Made by a program: the position numbers and the translations under genes. From assembly GCA_033762915.1 (NCBI GenBank), contig JANRLD010000027.1:26825-90824 (forward strand): DNA of 64,000 nucleotides. The letters run 5' to 3'. The first letter of the stretch is position 1, and every line of letters begins with the position of its first letter. The notes below the pieces were generated by a model. The model saw only the letters and a list, made by a program, of their open reading frames with translations. It was not told where the DNA came from and searched no databases. Source of the stretch: Meiothermus sp. (lineage in GTDB: Bacteria > Deinococcota > Deinococci > Deinococcales > Thermaceae). Positions 52,936-64,000 of this stretch are shown in pieces.

Positions 52936-53682
52936 TTAGGCCTCCGCCGACTCTGCCACTTCCGCGCTGCTGGCCGCCGGTGCCGGGGTCTCCCTACCGC
53001 CGCCGCGGGCCTCGACGATCAGGTCGGTCATGCGGCTGACCACCAGCTGGATCGAGCGGATGGCGTCGTCGTTGCCGGGCACAATGTAGTCGCAGACGTC
53101 GGGGTCGGAGTCAGTGTCGGCCAGGGCCAGCACCGGGATGCCCAGCTTGCGGGCCTCGGCGACCGCGATGGCCTCCTTGGTGGGGTCAATGACGAAGATA
53201 GCGTCCGGGAGGCGGCGCAGCTTACGGAATCCGCCCAGGTTCTTCTGGAGGCGCGCGAGCTCGTGCTGCAGGCGCACCTGCTCGGTCTTGACGCGCTCCT
53301 TGATCTCCTCGGAGGCGAACAGCTTCTCGAGTTCGTCGAGGCGGTTGACCTGCGCGGTGATGGTGCGGAAGTTGGTCAGCATGCCGCCCAGCCAGCGCTG
53401 GTTGACGTAGGGCATCCCGGCCCGGTCGGCCTCGAGTTGCACGATTTCCTGGGCCTGCTTCTTGGTGCCCACGTAGAGGATGGTGGCCCCGCGCATGGCG
53501 AGGTCTTGGACCTGCTTGAAGGTGCGCTCGAGTTCGACCATGCTCTTCTGCAGGTCGATGATGAAGATGCCGTTGCGCTCGGCGTAGATGTAGCGGCGCA
53601 TCTTGGGGTTCCAGCGCTTGGTCTCGTGACCGAAGTGGACGCCCGCTTCGAGCAGTTCTTTGATGCTTACATTAACGGCCAT
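52936..53682 (-). CDS. rpsB: 30S ribosomal protein S2
   Basis: [28 protein letters not shown]; start trimmed to MAVN. Confidence 0.97.
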   Translation of the reverse strand: MAVNVSIKELLEAGVHFGHETKRWNPKMRRYIYAERNGIFIIDLQKSMVELERTFKQVQDLAMRGATILYVGTKKQAQEIVQLEADRAGMPYVNQRWLGGMLTNFRTITAQVNRLDELEKLFASEEIKERVKTEQVRLQHELARLQKNLGGFRKLRRLPDAIFVIDPTKEAIAVAEARKLGIPVLALADTDSDPDVCDYIVPGNDDAIRSIQLVVSRMTDLIVEARGGGRETPAPAASSAEVAESAEA

Positions 53683-54068
53683 GTGGGTCTCCAGTGGGAC
53701 GGTTGGAGCGGGATTGATTTGTGCGTGAACGCCTGGTCCTCGAGTACCGTTCCCTAACCTCGAGGGGGCCGTCGGCACACCCAAACGAAAACTATAGCTC
53801 GAGTGGGGGAATAAAGGAAGGGCGAGCCCGCCAATTGAGGTGGCGGCACCGGCCAAAGCGACCCCTCAGTGTCTTGGGGTCACCAGGTGTCGATCTACTC
53901 CGCATCTTTCGGCCCTGGCACCCAGACACCGCGAAGGGGACTCTGTGGCAACACCAACAGCAAAGGACGTCGAGGGGTGCGGCTCGGTAACCCTGTGCAC
54001 CCGCCTCGAGCCTGGGTGCAGTCCCCTGGCTTGCGTCTTGGGACAGTCCGAACTTCAAGCCCAGGCAG

Positions 54069-54713
54069 TCAAACCTGGACCCCTTCCCGGCTCACCTGCT
54101 CCAGTACCTGCACGAAAACCTCGAGCGGCTGTGCCCCAGATAGCGCGTACTTGCGGTTGAAGATGAAAAAGGGCACGCCCTGCACCCCGAAGCCGCCTGC
54201 GAGCTGCTGGCTCTGCTCTACCTCGGCCCGGAGGTCGCCGGACTCGAGGAATTGCCCGACCTGCTCGGCCTCCAGCCCGACGGAGGCCGCGACCCCCAGC
54301 AAGTCGGCTGGGTCGTTGAGGTTCTTGCCGTCCACAAAGTGGGCCTTGAACAGCGCGGAGGCCAGCGCCCACTGCTGTTCCTGCCCGGACTCCCTTCCCG
54401 CCCACAGGATCAGGCGGTGCGGGTCGACGGTGTTGATGGCGCGGGCCACCCTGTCGAACCTGAACTCGATGCCTTCCGGAGCCCCGGCGCGGGCGGTCTG
54501 GGCGAAGGCCATCTCCATCTGGTGGGTGCCACCAAACTTCTGGGCCATGAACTCCTCCCAGGGGCGGCCCTCGGGCGGAAGTCCCGGCTGGAGCTGAAAC
54601 GGCATCCAGCGGACCTCGGCCTCGAGGCCGCTGTGCTTCAGGGCTTTGAACAACCGCCGCTCACCGATGTAGCACCAGGGGCAGGCGATGTCGGAGAAGA
54701 CTTCGATCTTCAT
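54069..54713 (-). CDS. DsbA-family oxidoreductase (FrnE-like)
   Basis: SDIACPWCYIG, PFQLQP, GVPFF, SGAQP. Confidence 0.9.
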   Translation of the reverse strand: MKIEVFSDIACPWCYIGERRLFKALKHSGLEAEVRWMPFQLQPGLPPEGRPWEEFMAQKFGGTHQMEMAFAQTARAGAPEGIEFRFDRVARAINTVDPHRLILWAGRESGQEQQWALASALFKAHFVDGKNLNDPADLLGVAASVGLEAEQVGQFLESGDLRAEVEQSQQLAGGFGVQGVPFFIFNRKYALSGAQPLEVFVQVLEQVSREGVQV

Positions 54714-54891
54714 GCGTACCTCTCGGGGTAAGGGTCGGAGGGCTGGGGCAGTGGTTCCCGCAACCAGCATTGTACGCAGACAACCGTGGTGGTGCGGGGC
54801 TCCTCATCTACGACCTGCATGCCGCCACCGTAACTTGCCACCCGGTCAAAAACTGCCCTTTCCCTCACCTTGCCGCACTATGATGCGGGTT

Positions 54892-55974
54892 ATGCGCGGA
54901 TTGTGGATCGGATTGTTGATCGTCTCGAGCCTCGGCCTTGCCCAGACCCCCGCCGCCCCAAGCCCGTACGCGGTGCGCTTCGAGCAGGCCTGGAAGCTGG
55001 TTAAGGAGCGCTACTACCTGACCGACTTCAATGGGGCCGACTGGGAAGCCCTGGGGACGCAGTACCGGGCCAAGCTGGGTCAGGTCAAGAGCTGGAACCA
55101 GCTCTACGCCCTCCTGGGCGACCTCTACGACGAGCTTAAGGACGACCACTCCACCGTGCTGAGCCCCGAGCTGGCGCGGCGCTACTTGGGCGGTGGCCAG
55201 TGTCAGGCCCTGCCCTTCAGGGACTCCGACCTCTTCCCACAGGGAGCGCCCAGCGCCCCGAACCCCCAGAGCCAGACCCCAGAAACTCAGAATCCCCAAG
55301 CCCAGACCCAGCCGCCTGCCCAAAGTCAGCCCCCCCAAACCACTCCCCCCCAGCCGAGGCCTGACGCCTCGCCTTCGGTCTCGGCCTACGCCCAGCCCAC
55401 CGTTCGCTTCACCGACGGGGTGGTGGTGGTGCGCGTATCGAACCTGGTTGACGTGCTGGGGCTGAACGCCTTGCGCGACGCCATTCGCCAGTACGACAGC
55501 CGGGCCCGGGGCTACGTGCTCGACATCCGGGGCAATCCCGGCGGTCTGGCCCTACGGATGGCCGAGGTGACGGGGCTATTCATGGTGGCGGTGCCCTGGC
55601 GACTGGTGGTGCGGGGGCTGGGCGGGGTGCCCTTCTCCACCACCCCCATCCCGCCCTTCGGCCGACCGCTCACCAGCAAGCCGCTGGCCCTGCTGATCGA
55701 TGGCGGGGTAAACTCCGCCGCCGAGGGCCTGGCCGGGGCGCTCAAGGAGAGCAAGCGGGCCTATGTAATCGGGACCCGCACCGCCGGCAACGTCGAGGCC
55801 CTGACCCCTTACTGCTTCCCCGACGGCGGCGTGGCCCTGGTCGCCAACGGCGTACTGGCCCCTTTCCGGGGCGCGACCTGGGAGGGCCGGGGCGTCGAGC
55901 CGGATCTGGTGATCGAGGACCGCAACCAGCAGCTCGAGGAGGCCATCCGGTACATCAGGAATCTGCGCCGATAG
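54892..55974 (+). CDS. secreted S41-family peptidase lacking a PDZ domain
   Basis: signal peptide, DDHS, LDIRGNPGG, NSAAE, GTRTAG, GVEPD; P/Q-rich linker. Confidence 0.82.
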   Translation: MRGLWIGLLIVSSLGLAQTPAAPSPYAVRFEQAWKLVKERYYLTDFNGADWEALGTQYRAKLGQVKSWNQLYALLGDLYDELKDDHSTVLSPELARRYLGGGQCQALPFRDSDLFPQGAPSAPNPQSQTPETQNPQAQTQPPAQSQPPQTTPPQPRPDASPSVSAYAQPTVRFTDGVVVVRVSNLVDVLGLNALRDAIRQYDSRARGYVLDIRGNPGGLALRMAEVTGLFMVAVPWRLVVRGLGGVPFSTTPIPPFGRPLTSKPLALLIDGGVNSAAEGLAGALKESKRAYVIGTRTAGNVEALTPYCFPDGGVALVANGVLAPFRGATWEGRGVEPDLVIEDRNQQLEEAIRYIRNLRR

Positions 55975-56033
55975 CAATCAGGCTAGCGGTTGCAAGCGGG
56001 AGGCTCCTGGGCCGTCCACGCCCTTTGGCCGGT

Positions 56034-56558
56034 TTACCACCCCATCCGCCGCCGCAACTCCGTGATGTGCGCGATGTGGTGGGCGCCGTGCCAGGCGTAC
56101 ATGCCCAAAATCAGCTCGAGCCGCCAAGGCCCGCTCTCGGGGTGGACGAACTCGCGCTTGAGCTGCTCGGGCTCGAGGGCGCCCACGATGGCCACCCAGC
56201 GGGCGTGCACGTGCTCCAAGAGTTGCAGCGAGGGCTCAAGGGGCAGCCGGTAGTCGCCCAGCATCGCGGTGGGGCCCTCGGCGTAGGGCTTGATGGTGGG
56301 GCGGTCCTCGGTGAGGCCCTGCTTGAAGCGAAGGTAGGCGTGCATCTGGCTGTCCGGGACGTGGTGAACCACCTGCCGCACGGTCCAGCCGCCCTCGCGG
56401 TAGGGCGTTTCGAGTTGGGCCTCGCTCAGGCCCGCCACGGCCCTGCGCATCTGGCCGGGTATGGCCTCGAGTTCCGTCACCCACGCCGCCACCTGCTCAG
56501 ATGTGACGGTCTCGGGCGACTGAAAGCGGCCGATTGGGTAGCGCGGGTCGGGGCTCAT
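56034..56558 (-). CDS. YfiT/DinB-family bacillithiol transferase
   Basis: RYPIG, YREGGWTVRQVVHH.PDS, YAWHGAHH. Confidence 0.9.
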   Translation of the reverse strand: MSPDPRYPIGRFQSPETVTSEQVAAWVTELEAIPGQMRRAVAGLSEAQLETPYREGGWTVRQVVHHVPDSQMHAYLRFKQGLTEDRPTIKPYAEGPTAMLGDYRLPLEPSLQLLEHVHARWVAIVGALEPEQLKREFVHPESGPWRLELILGMYAWHGAHHIAHITELRRRMGW

Positions 56559-56630
56559 GGGGACAGCATAAACGGTTTCTTAACTTCAGGTTGAACTCAG
56601 TTCTCAGTCAGGAATGGGTAGACTCGAGAG

Positions 56631-57155
56631 ATGCGCCTCTTTGCCTTGCTCACCCTAGCCCTGTTGGCGGGCTGTGTGCCCGCCTCACACCCCAACCGCG
56701 AGGTCGGCCTGTCGGCGGCCCAGCGCTCACAGTTCGCGCTCAGCAGCGTCGTCACCCAGTTCGCCCCCGACCGGGGACAGGGCGGCGAGTACAGGCTGCG
56801 CGAGCGGGTCTTCTTCAGCTTCACCCTCAGCCGCCCCGGCTACATCACCCTGGTCACGGTTGACCCGGACAGCACCACGGTGGTGTTGGAGCGCAACGTA
56901 CCGCTCGCGGCGGGTCGGCACACCTTGCCGCTGGCCTCCGACCGTAACGCCCAAGGTCAGGCCACCTACCTGGTTTTGCCGCCCGCCGGGCCGCAGTTCT
57001 TCCGCCTAATCTATACCGATGTGGCCGTCAACCAGCGGAGCCTCTTCGACGGCAAGCTCAGCCGCGAGGAACTCAACACCCAGACCCGAACCTACACCGC
57101 GTCCGCCGCCCTGAAGGACGTGGCCGACACCAGCCTCGAGGTGGTTGGACGATGA
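56631..57155 (+). CDS. lipoprotein, DUF4384-like
   Basis: lipobox LAGC; PDRGQGGEYR and PGYITLVTVDPD. Confidence 0.65.
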   Translation: MRLFALLTLALLAGCVPASHPNREVGLSAAQRSQFALSSVVTQFAPDRGQGGEYRLRERVFFSFTLSRPGYITLVTVDPDSTTVVLERNVPLAAGRHTLPLASDRNAQGQATYLVLPPAGPQFFRLIYTDVAVNQRSLFDGKLSREELNTQTRTYTASAALKDVADTSLEVVGR

Positions 57156-58327
57156 GTTACCTACGATACGTCTCCCTGCTCGGAGCCGCAGTGGCGCTGG
57201 CGAGCTGCACCCCGCAGCCCCCCAGCGGCCTTACCCTTAACCCCAACGCCATCGTGATTCCCGACGATCAGGTGGATTCCGCCGACGCCAACGGCATGAA
57301 CGTGCAGGTGGAGAATCTCCCGACTGCCGGACAGGTGGTCATCAGCGACGAGGGCGAGGGGCTGGTACGCCGCATTACCGGGGTGCAGCAAACCTCGGTG
57401 GGCGAGGTCGCTGGCCAGATCGTGCGCAAGGTGTATCTGCAAACCGCGTCGGCCAGCCTCGAGGATGCCATCAGTGCGGGTGAAGCCAACATCTCGATGG
57501 ACAACCTGCCCATCGGCGAGGACAACCTCACGCAGTCGCTCGAGGGCGTGAGCGTGCAAAACTTTACCGGGCGCATCAACCTTACCAACGTGACCTTCGC
57601 CATCCCCGGCGTGCCCAACGGGCGCATCACCCTCAACGGTTTCGTCGAGCAAAACCTCAAGCCGACGTTTAACCTGAAGTTCTCTAGCGGCAGTGTGGAG
57701 ACCTTCCGGGCAGGGCTAAACGGCACCCTCAAGGCCACGGTGAGGGCCTCGATCTCGGCCAGCGCAGGGTACAGCCCATTCAACCTCAGCCGCGACTTGG
57801 CCTCCTGGAACATCAAGCGGGTCTTCACGGTGGGGGCGGTGCCGGTGGTGGTGGTCTTGCAGCCCAAACTGGTTGCAGCGGTGAGCAGCGGGGCCAACGG
57901 ACAGGTCACAGTCGAGGTGGGAATCGCGCCCACCTTCACCACCAACATGCAGCTCGACTACAGCCGTGCCCGTCCGGCCAATGCCCGCTGGCAGAACACT
58001 TTCAGTGCCTCCTTCGCCCTCAACCCCACCTTCACCTACGCCGCGCCGGTGCAAGGAACAGGAAATGCCTCGACCGGCTTGGTGATGGATGTGAAGTTTT
58101 ACGGCCTGCTTGGGCCGAGCCTCGAGGCCAAGCCCTTCATCAACCTGAACCTCAACGGCAACAACGGCAGCGCTGGCCTCAAGAGCGGCATTCAGGGCAA
58201 CTCCAAGGTCGAGGCGGGCTTTAATGTGCTGGGCAAGGGCCTCGAGACCAGCTACGCCGGGCCGAGCGTGGAGGAGGCGCGCAACTTCACCTGCGCGGCG
58301 AGTACCGACAGCTGTACGGCGAATTGA
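57152..58327 (+). CDS. beta-rich hypothetical lipoprotein
   Basis: lipobox LASC; ATGA overlap; N/T/S/G-rich; C-terminal Cys pair. Confidence 0.7.
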   Translation: MSYLRYVSLLGAAVALASCTPQPPSGLTLNPNAIVIPDDQVDSADANGMNVQVENLPTAGQVVISDEGEGLVRRITGVQQTSVGEVAGQIVRKVYLQTASASLEDAISAGEANISMDNLPIGEDNLTQSLEGVSVQNFTGRINLTNVTFAIPGVPNGRITLNGFVEQNLKPTFNLKFSSGSVETFRAGLNGTLKATVRASISASAGYSPFNLSRDLASWNIKRVFTVGAVPVVVVLQPKLVAAVSSGANGQVTVEVGIAPTFTTNMQLDYSRARPANARWQNTFSASFALNPTFTYAAPVQGTGNASTGLVMDVKFYGLLGPSLEAKPFINLNLNGNNGSAGLKSGIQGNSKVEAGFNVLGKGLETSYAGPSVEEARNFTCAASTDSCTAN

Positions 58328-58339
58328 TCGCATTTCCAA

Positions 58340-58403
58340 CCAATACTCCGTACCGTGGGCGGAGTATTGCGCTCGATACGGCAAAAACCGCCGTACCGAG
58401 TGT
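58340..58403. repeat. REP-like repeat family B copy (two adjacent hairpins)
   Basis: CAATACTCCG-N9-CGGAGTATTG followed by CTCGATACGGC-AAAAACC-GCCGTACCGAG. Confidence 0.78.
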
Positions 58404-58525
58404 GCGTAGCGACCGCTCTGAGCGAGAGCGAAAAGGGAAGAGGAAAGGAGGGGCGTTGCCTCCCTCTTTCTTCTGATGTCTGGGCTGCTCTTGACTCTCG
58501 ACGCTCGACTCTCGACAATACCCGG

Positions 58526-59680
58526 GTGTTCGAGTTTACCGTCCAGGCGAGGGCCGGCCGCGCCCGCAATGCCACCTTTCAGACCCCGCACGGGCTCGTC
58601 CAGACCCCGCTGTTCATGCCGGTGGGCACGCAGGGCAGCGTTAAGGCTATCTCGCCCGACGAGATAAAGGCCATCGGGTCGCAGATCATCCTGGGCAACA
58701 CCTACCATCTGCTGCTGCGCCCCGGCCCCGAGCGGGTGCGGCGGGCGGGCGGGTTGCACGGCTTCGCTGCCTACGACGGCCCCTGGCTGACCGACTCCGG
58801 CGGCTTTCAGGTGATGAGCCTGGGGGAGATGCGGAAGATCACCGAGCGCGGCGTGACCTTCAACTCACACCTCAACGGCGACAAGATCGAACTCACCCCC
58901 GAGCGCTCGGTCGAGACCCAGGAGGCGCTGGGCGCGGACATCATTATGGCTTTCGACGAGTGCCCGCCCTACCCCGCCACCGACGAATACATGCGGGCCT
59001 CCATCGAGCGGACCCTGCGCTGGCTCGAGCGCTGCCTGAAGGCCAAGACCCGGCCCGACCAGGCCCTCTTCGCCATAGCGCAGGGCGGGGTTGACTTGGA
59101 CTTCCGCAAGTTCAGCGCCGAGGCCACAATCCAGTTCGACACCCCCGGCTATGCCATCGGCGGGCTGGCGGTGGGGGAGCCCAAGGAGGGGATGTACCCC
59201 GCCGTCGAGCTGTCCACCCGTATCCTGCCCGAGGGCAAGCCGCGCTACCTGATGGGCGTGGGCCATCCCGAGGATCTGGTGGCGGCGGTGGGGCTGGGGG
59301 TGGACATGTTCGACTGCGTATACCCCACCCGCACCGGTCGCTTCGGCTACGCCCTGATCGACAGTGGGCGGCTGAACCTCAAGCTGACCCGCTACCTCGA
59401 CGACCTCGAGCCCATCGACCGGGAGTGCGACTGCTACGCCTGCCGCCACTACTCGAGGGCCTACCTCTGCCACCTGGTGCGGGCCGAAGAGATGCTGGCG
59501 GCGCGGATGGTCAGCCTGCACAACCTGCGCTACCTGCACCGCCTGATGGAGAAGGCCAGAGCTGCGATCGTGGCGGGCGACTACGGCGAGTTTGCCCAGG
59601 AGTTCGCCGCCAAGCGCTACGCCGGCGAGGTACCGGGGTGGTTTGCTCGAGCCTTGCAAGAGGGCGGGCACTGGGACTAA
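58526..59680 (+). CDS. tgt: tRNA-guanine transglycosylase
   Basis: TPLFMPVGT, NTYHL, TDSGGFQ, YLMGVG, DMFDCV, CDCYAC. Confidence 0.96.
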   Translation: MFEFTVQARAGRARNATFQTPHGLVQTPLFMPVGTQGSVKAISPDEIKAIGSQIILGNTYHLLLRPGPERVRRAGGLHGFAAYDGPWLTDSGGFQVMSLGEMRKITERGVTFNSHLNGDKIELTPERSVETQEALGADIIMAFDECPPYPATDEYMRASIERTLRWLERCLKAKTRPDQALFAIAQGGVDLDFRKFSAEATIQFDTPGYAIGGLAVGEPKEGMYPAVELSTRILPEGKPRYLMGVGHPEDLVAAVGLGVDMFDCVYPTRTGRFGYALIDSGRLNLKLTRYLDDLEPIDRECDCYACRHYSRAYLCHLVRAEEMLAARMVSLHNLRYLHRLMEKARAAIVAGDYGEFAQEFAAKRYAGEVPGWFARALQEGGHWD

Positions 59681-59708
59681 CCCGGCAGTGCTTTAAGGGG
59701 CCAGAGCC

Positions 59709-60080
59709 CTACCGAAACGTCCGCTGCACCTCTTCGGGCGTAACCGTTACCTGCGGAGAGATCTCCCCGTCGGGGGTCATGCGGTCTACGGTGTGCGGCA
59801 GCAGATCGGCCAGGTGGTCGGCGAGCTGCTGGGGCGGCACGCCCATCTGCCGGGCCAGCCGGTCGATCTCGTCGGCCCCCAGCGCCTGATGTACCTGCGG
59901 GCCGCTGACCGGCTGGTTCTGCCCGGTCCCCACCCACGAGTCGAACTGCTCGCCCAGGCCGGTCTGCTGGAACTTTTGCATCAGACCAGGAAGTCCCCCG
60001 CTGTCGTTGACGGCCCTGACCACCATGTTCGCCACAGCTGCGGCGGCGGCCCCGCGTAAAAGGTTGTTGAGTAGGCCCAT
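59709..60080 (-). CDS. YidB/DUF937-family protein
   Basis: GGLPGL, SWVGTGQNQPVS, LPHTVDRMTPDG; GGAGG SD. Confidence 0.85.
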   Translation of the reverse strand: MGLLNNLLRGAAAAAVANMVVRAVNDSGGLPGLMQKFQQTGLGEQFDSWVGTGQNQPVSGPQVHQALGADEIDRLARQMGVPPQQLADHLADLLPHTVDRMTPDGEISPQVTVTPEEVQRTFR

Positions 60081-60082
60081 GC

Positions 60083-60143
60083 CAAAACCTCCGCTCTCGA
60101 GGCTGCCAGCCGAAGCTGACCCGGGCCTGAGGCGGAGGTTTTG
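60083..60143 (-). promoter_or_regulatory. long stem-loop covering the yidB SD
   Basis: 12-bp perfect pairing CAAAACCTCCGC/GCGGAGGTTTTG; apical cUUCGg loop on the mRNA strand. Confidence 0.55.
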
Positions 60144-60145
60144 CG

Positions 60146-60574
60146 TTAAGAGAGGTGTGGGGCTAGCTTTTGTAGCAGCGTGGGCTTGGGTGCGGCCCCC
60201 ACGATGCGCTCGACCGGCTGCCCGTCCTTGAACAGGATCAGGGTGGGGATGCCCTGCACGTGGTAGGCGGCTTGGGCCATGGGGTGGTGGTCGACATTGA
60301 GCTTGACCACCTTGAGCTTTCCGGCGTAGTCGCGGGAGATCTCTTCCAGAACCGGCGCGATCACCCGGCAAGGCCCGCACCACTCGGCCCAGAAGTCCAC
60401 CAGAACCGGGACGCTGGCGCCCAACTCGGGACTCAGACCCTCGTTGGCGTTGACCAGCCAAGGCAGGGGCTTTTTGCAGGCCCCGCAGACCGGAACCTGC
60501 CCGGCGGGCGGCCTGCCCAGGCGGTTTTTCGCGCCGCAATGGGCGCAGGCAGTGATGTTGTCTGACGTAGCCAT
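60146..60574 (-). CDS. trxC: thioredoxin with N-terminal zinc finger (TrxC-type)
   Basis: CAHC/CGAC plus WCGPC. Confidence 0.85.
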   Translation of the reverse strand: MATSDNITACAHCGAKNRLGRPPAGQVPVCGACKKPLPWLVNANEGLSPELGASVPVLVDFWAEWCGPCRVIAPVLEEISRDYAGKLKVVKLNVDHHPMAQAAYHVQGIPTLILFKDGQPVERIVGAAPKPTLLQKLAPHLS

Positions 60575-60590
60575 AGGATCAGTTTATTGG

Positions 60591-60626
60591 GTGAGTAGAG
60601 ACCCAGTGCGCTGCGTCTCTACTCAC
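60591..60626. terminator. hairpin between clpB and trxC
   Basis: 12-bp perfect stem GTGAGTAGAGAC/GTCTCTACTCAC; no clear U-tract. Confidence 0.45.
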
Positions 60627-60682
60627 TACAGGGTCGGTCGATTTGCCATGCCTGGTGTACGAAGAAAAAACCTCGACTCAAC

Positions 60683-63244
<2,562 letters not shown>

Positions 63245-63252
63245 ACTTGTTT

Positions 63253-63282
63253 AGTATGAAACTTGAGTCTAGTATTGTCAAG
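63253..63282 (-). promoter_or_regulatory. clpB promoter with overlapping HAIR-like operator
   Basis: minus strand TTGACA-17 nt-CATACT-8 nt-ATG; plus strand CTTGAGT-N7-TGTCAAG versus the HspR consensus CTTGAGT-N7-ACTCAAG. Confidence 0.75.
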
Positions 63283-63304
63283 TAGAGTGAGCTTTGGTAT
63301 GAAC

Positions 63305-63859
63305 TTAGGAGTCTGCAATAAACTTTTGCCCGAGGTCACTAACAAGCTGCTTTATTTCTTCTGATACATGATCTTCTTTCAAAGAACTGATAATTGCACC
63401 GTCTGTAATGTCTATGCCATGATCCTCGCTTAGACGCCTGCGAACTTCCTTGAGTAGTTCTTTTCCTGGCCAAATGGTGATGATATTTTCGTAGTTAAGT
63501 TCCAAGTTGTTGAACCATTCGTCGGACATTATTTCGACTTGACTATCAGGTAACTTCTCAGAAACTTCAAGTGGCGATTAATGAGCTTGGCTGTTTCTCG
63601 AGACTTAAACCGTGCAGCCGCCTTTTGGGTCTCGCCAACCTCTACAATTATCTCCATCACTGTGTTCTCGCTAATCTCTTTACCTTTTGTTTTACATGCA
63701 TCTGAAATTGGCTTCGGGCTCAAAAGATAGTTCTCAATTTCATGTCTTCCCAAAAGGTGCGTTTCGACTCCTTCATGTTGTTGCGAAGAAATCATCTTTT
63801 GGGCCATGAACTCGGGCATCCCATCTCTGTCTTGAATGAATGTGATAGAAAAATCTGAG
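63305..63859 (-). pseudogene. AT-rich 3' remnant of an OLD/TOPRIM-like nuclease gene, frameshifted and IS-truncated
   Basis: frame reads ...FIQDRDGMPE...RHEIENYLL...; continuing frame VSEKLPDSQVEIMSDEW implies a 1-nt shift near 63570; abuts the IS end. Confidence 0.55.
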
Positions 63860-64000
63860 TGAAATTACCCCGAAATTGTTGAGTAGAGGATAAGCCTCCA
63901 GAATAGGAGGCAGTATGAGCAACAGTAAAGGAAAACGGAGGGTGTACACCGCCGAGTTCAAACGAGAAGCCGTGGCTTTGGCCGAGACACGAAAAGGCCA
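63860..64000 (+). mobile_element. IS3-family element, left end (runs off window)
   Basis: 5'-TGAAATTACCCCGAAATTGTTGAG end, AGGAGG SD, ORF from 63915 MSNSKGKRRVYTAEFKREAVAL typical of IS3 OrfA HTH. Confidence 0.8.

Noticed and set aside
59709..60539. 276-aa ORF suggesting a trxC-yidB fusion
   Set aside because: The upstream part is an out-of-frame overlap of trxC; yidB has its own SD and ATG at 60080

Overview
GC-rich bacterial chromosome segment, most consistent with Thermaceae (Meiothermus/Calidithermus-like). This is inferred from the gene set (csaB-DUF5693, apgM, tyrA-ACT) and the many leaderless starts. About 55 genes, mostly housekeeping or metabolic: udk, TPP riboswitch-thiB, rph-rdgB, acs, rpmB, lspA, apgM, tyrA, rpsB-tsf-pyrH-frr-cdsA, tgt, clpB-trxC. 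No rRNA, tRNA or CRISPR array was recognised. Most notable items: (1) an uncharacterised four-gene secreted cluster (40.9-46.0 kb) with two paralogous metallophosphoesterases flanking a YHYH protein; (2) roughly 10-fold enrichment of the palindrome CTCGAG in a hand-counted sample, plus an 82-bp tandem duplication bounded by CTCGAG; (3) an in-frame amber stop in a sugar epimerase gene; (4) an RpiR-Dpp-DUF1028 cluster lacking an ATPase, with a candidate twin operator; (5) three families of dispersed intergenic repeats; (6) a hairpin that hides the yidB Shine-Dalgarno (SD) downstream of a HAIR-preceded clpB; (7) an AT-rich frameshifted gene remnant cut by an IS3 at the window end. All calls come from reading motifs by eye; no searches were run.
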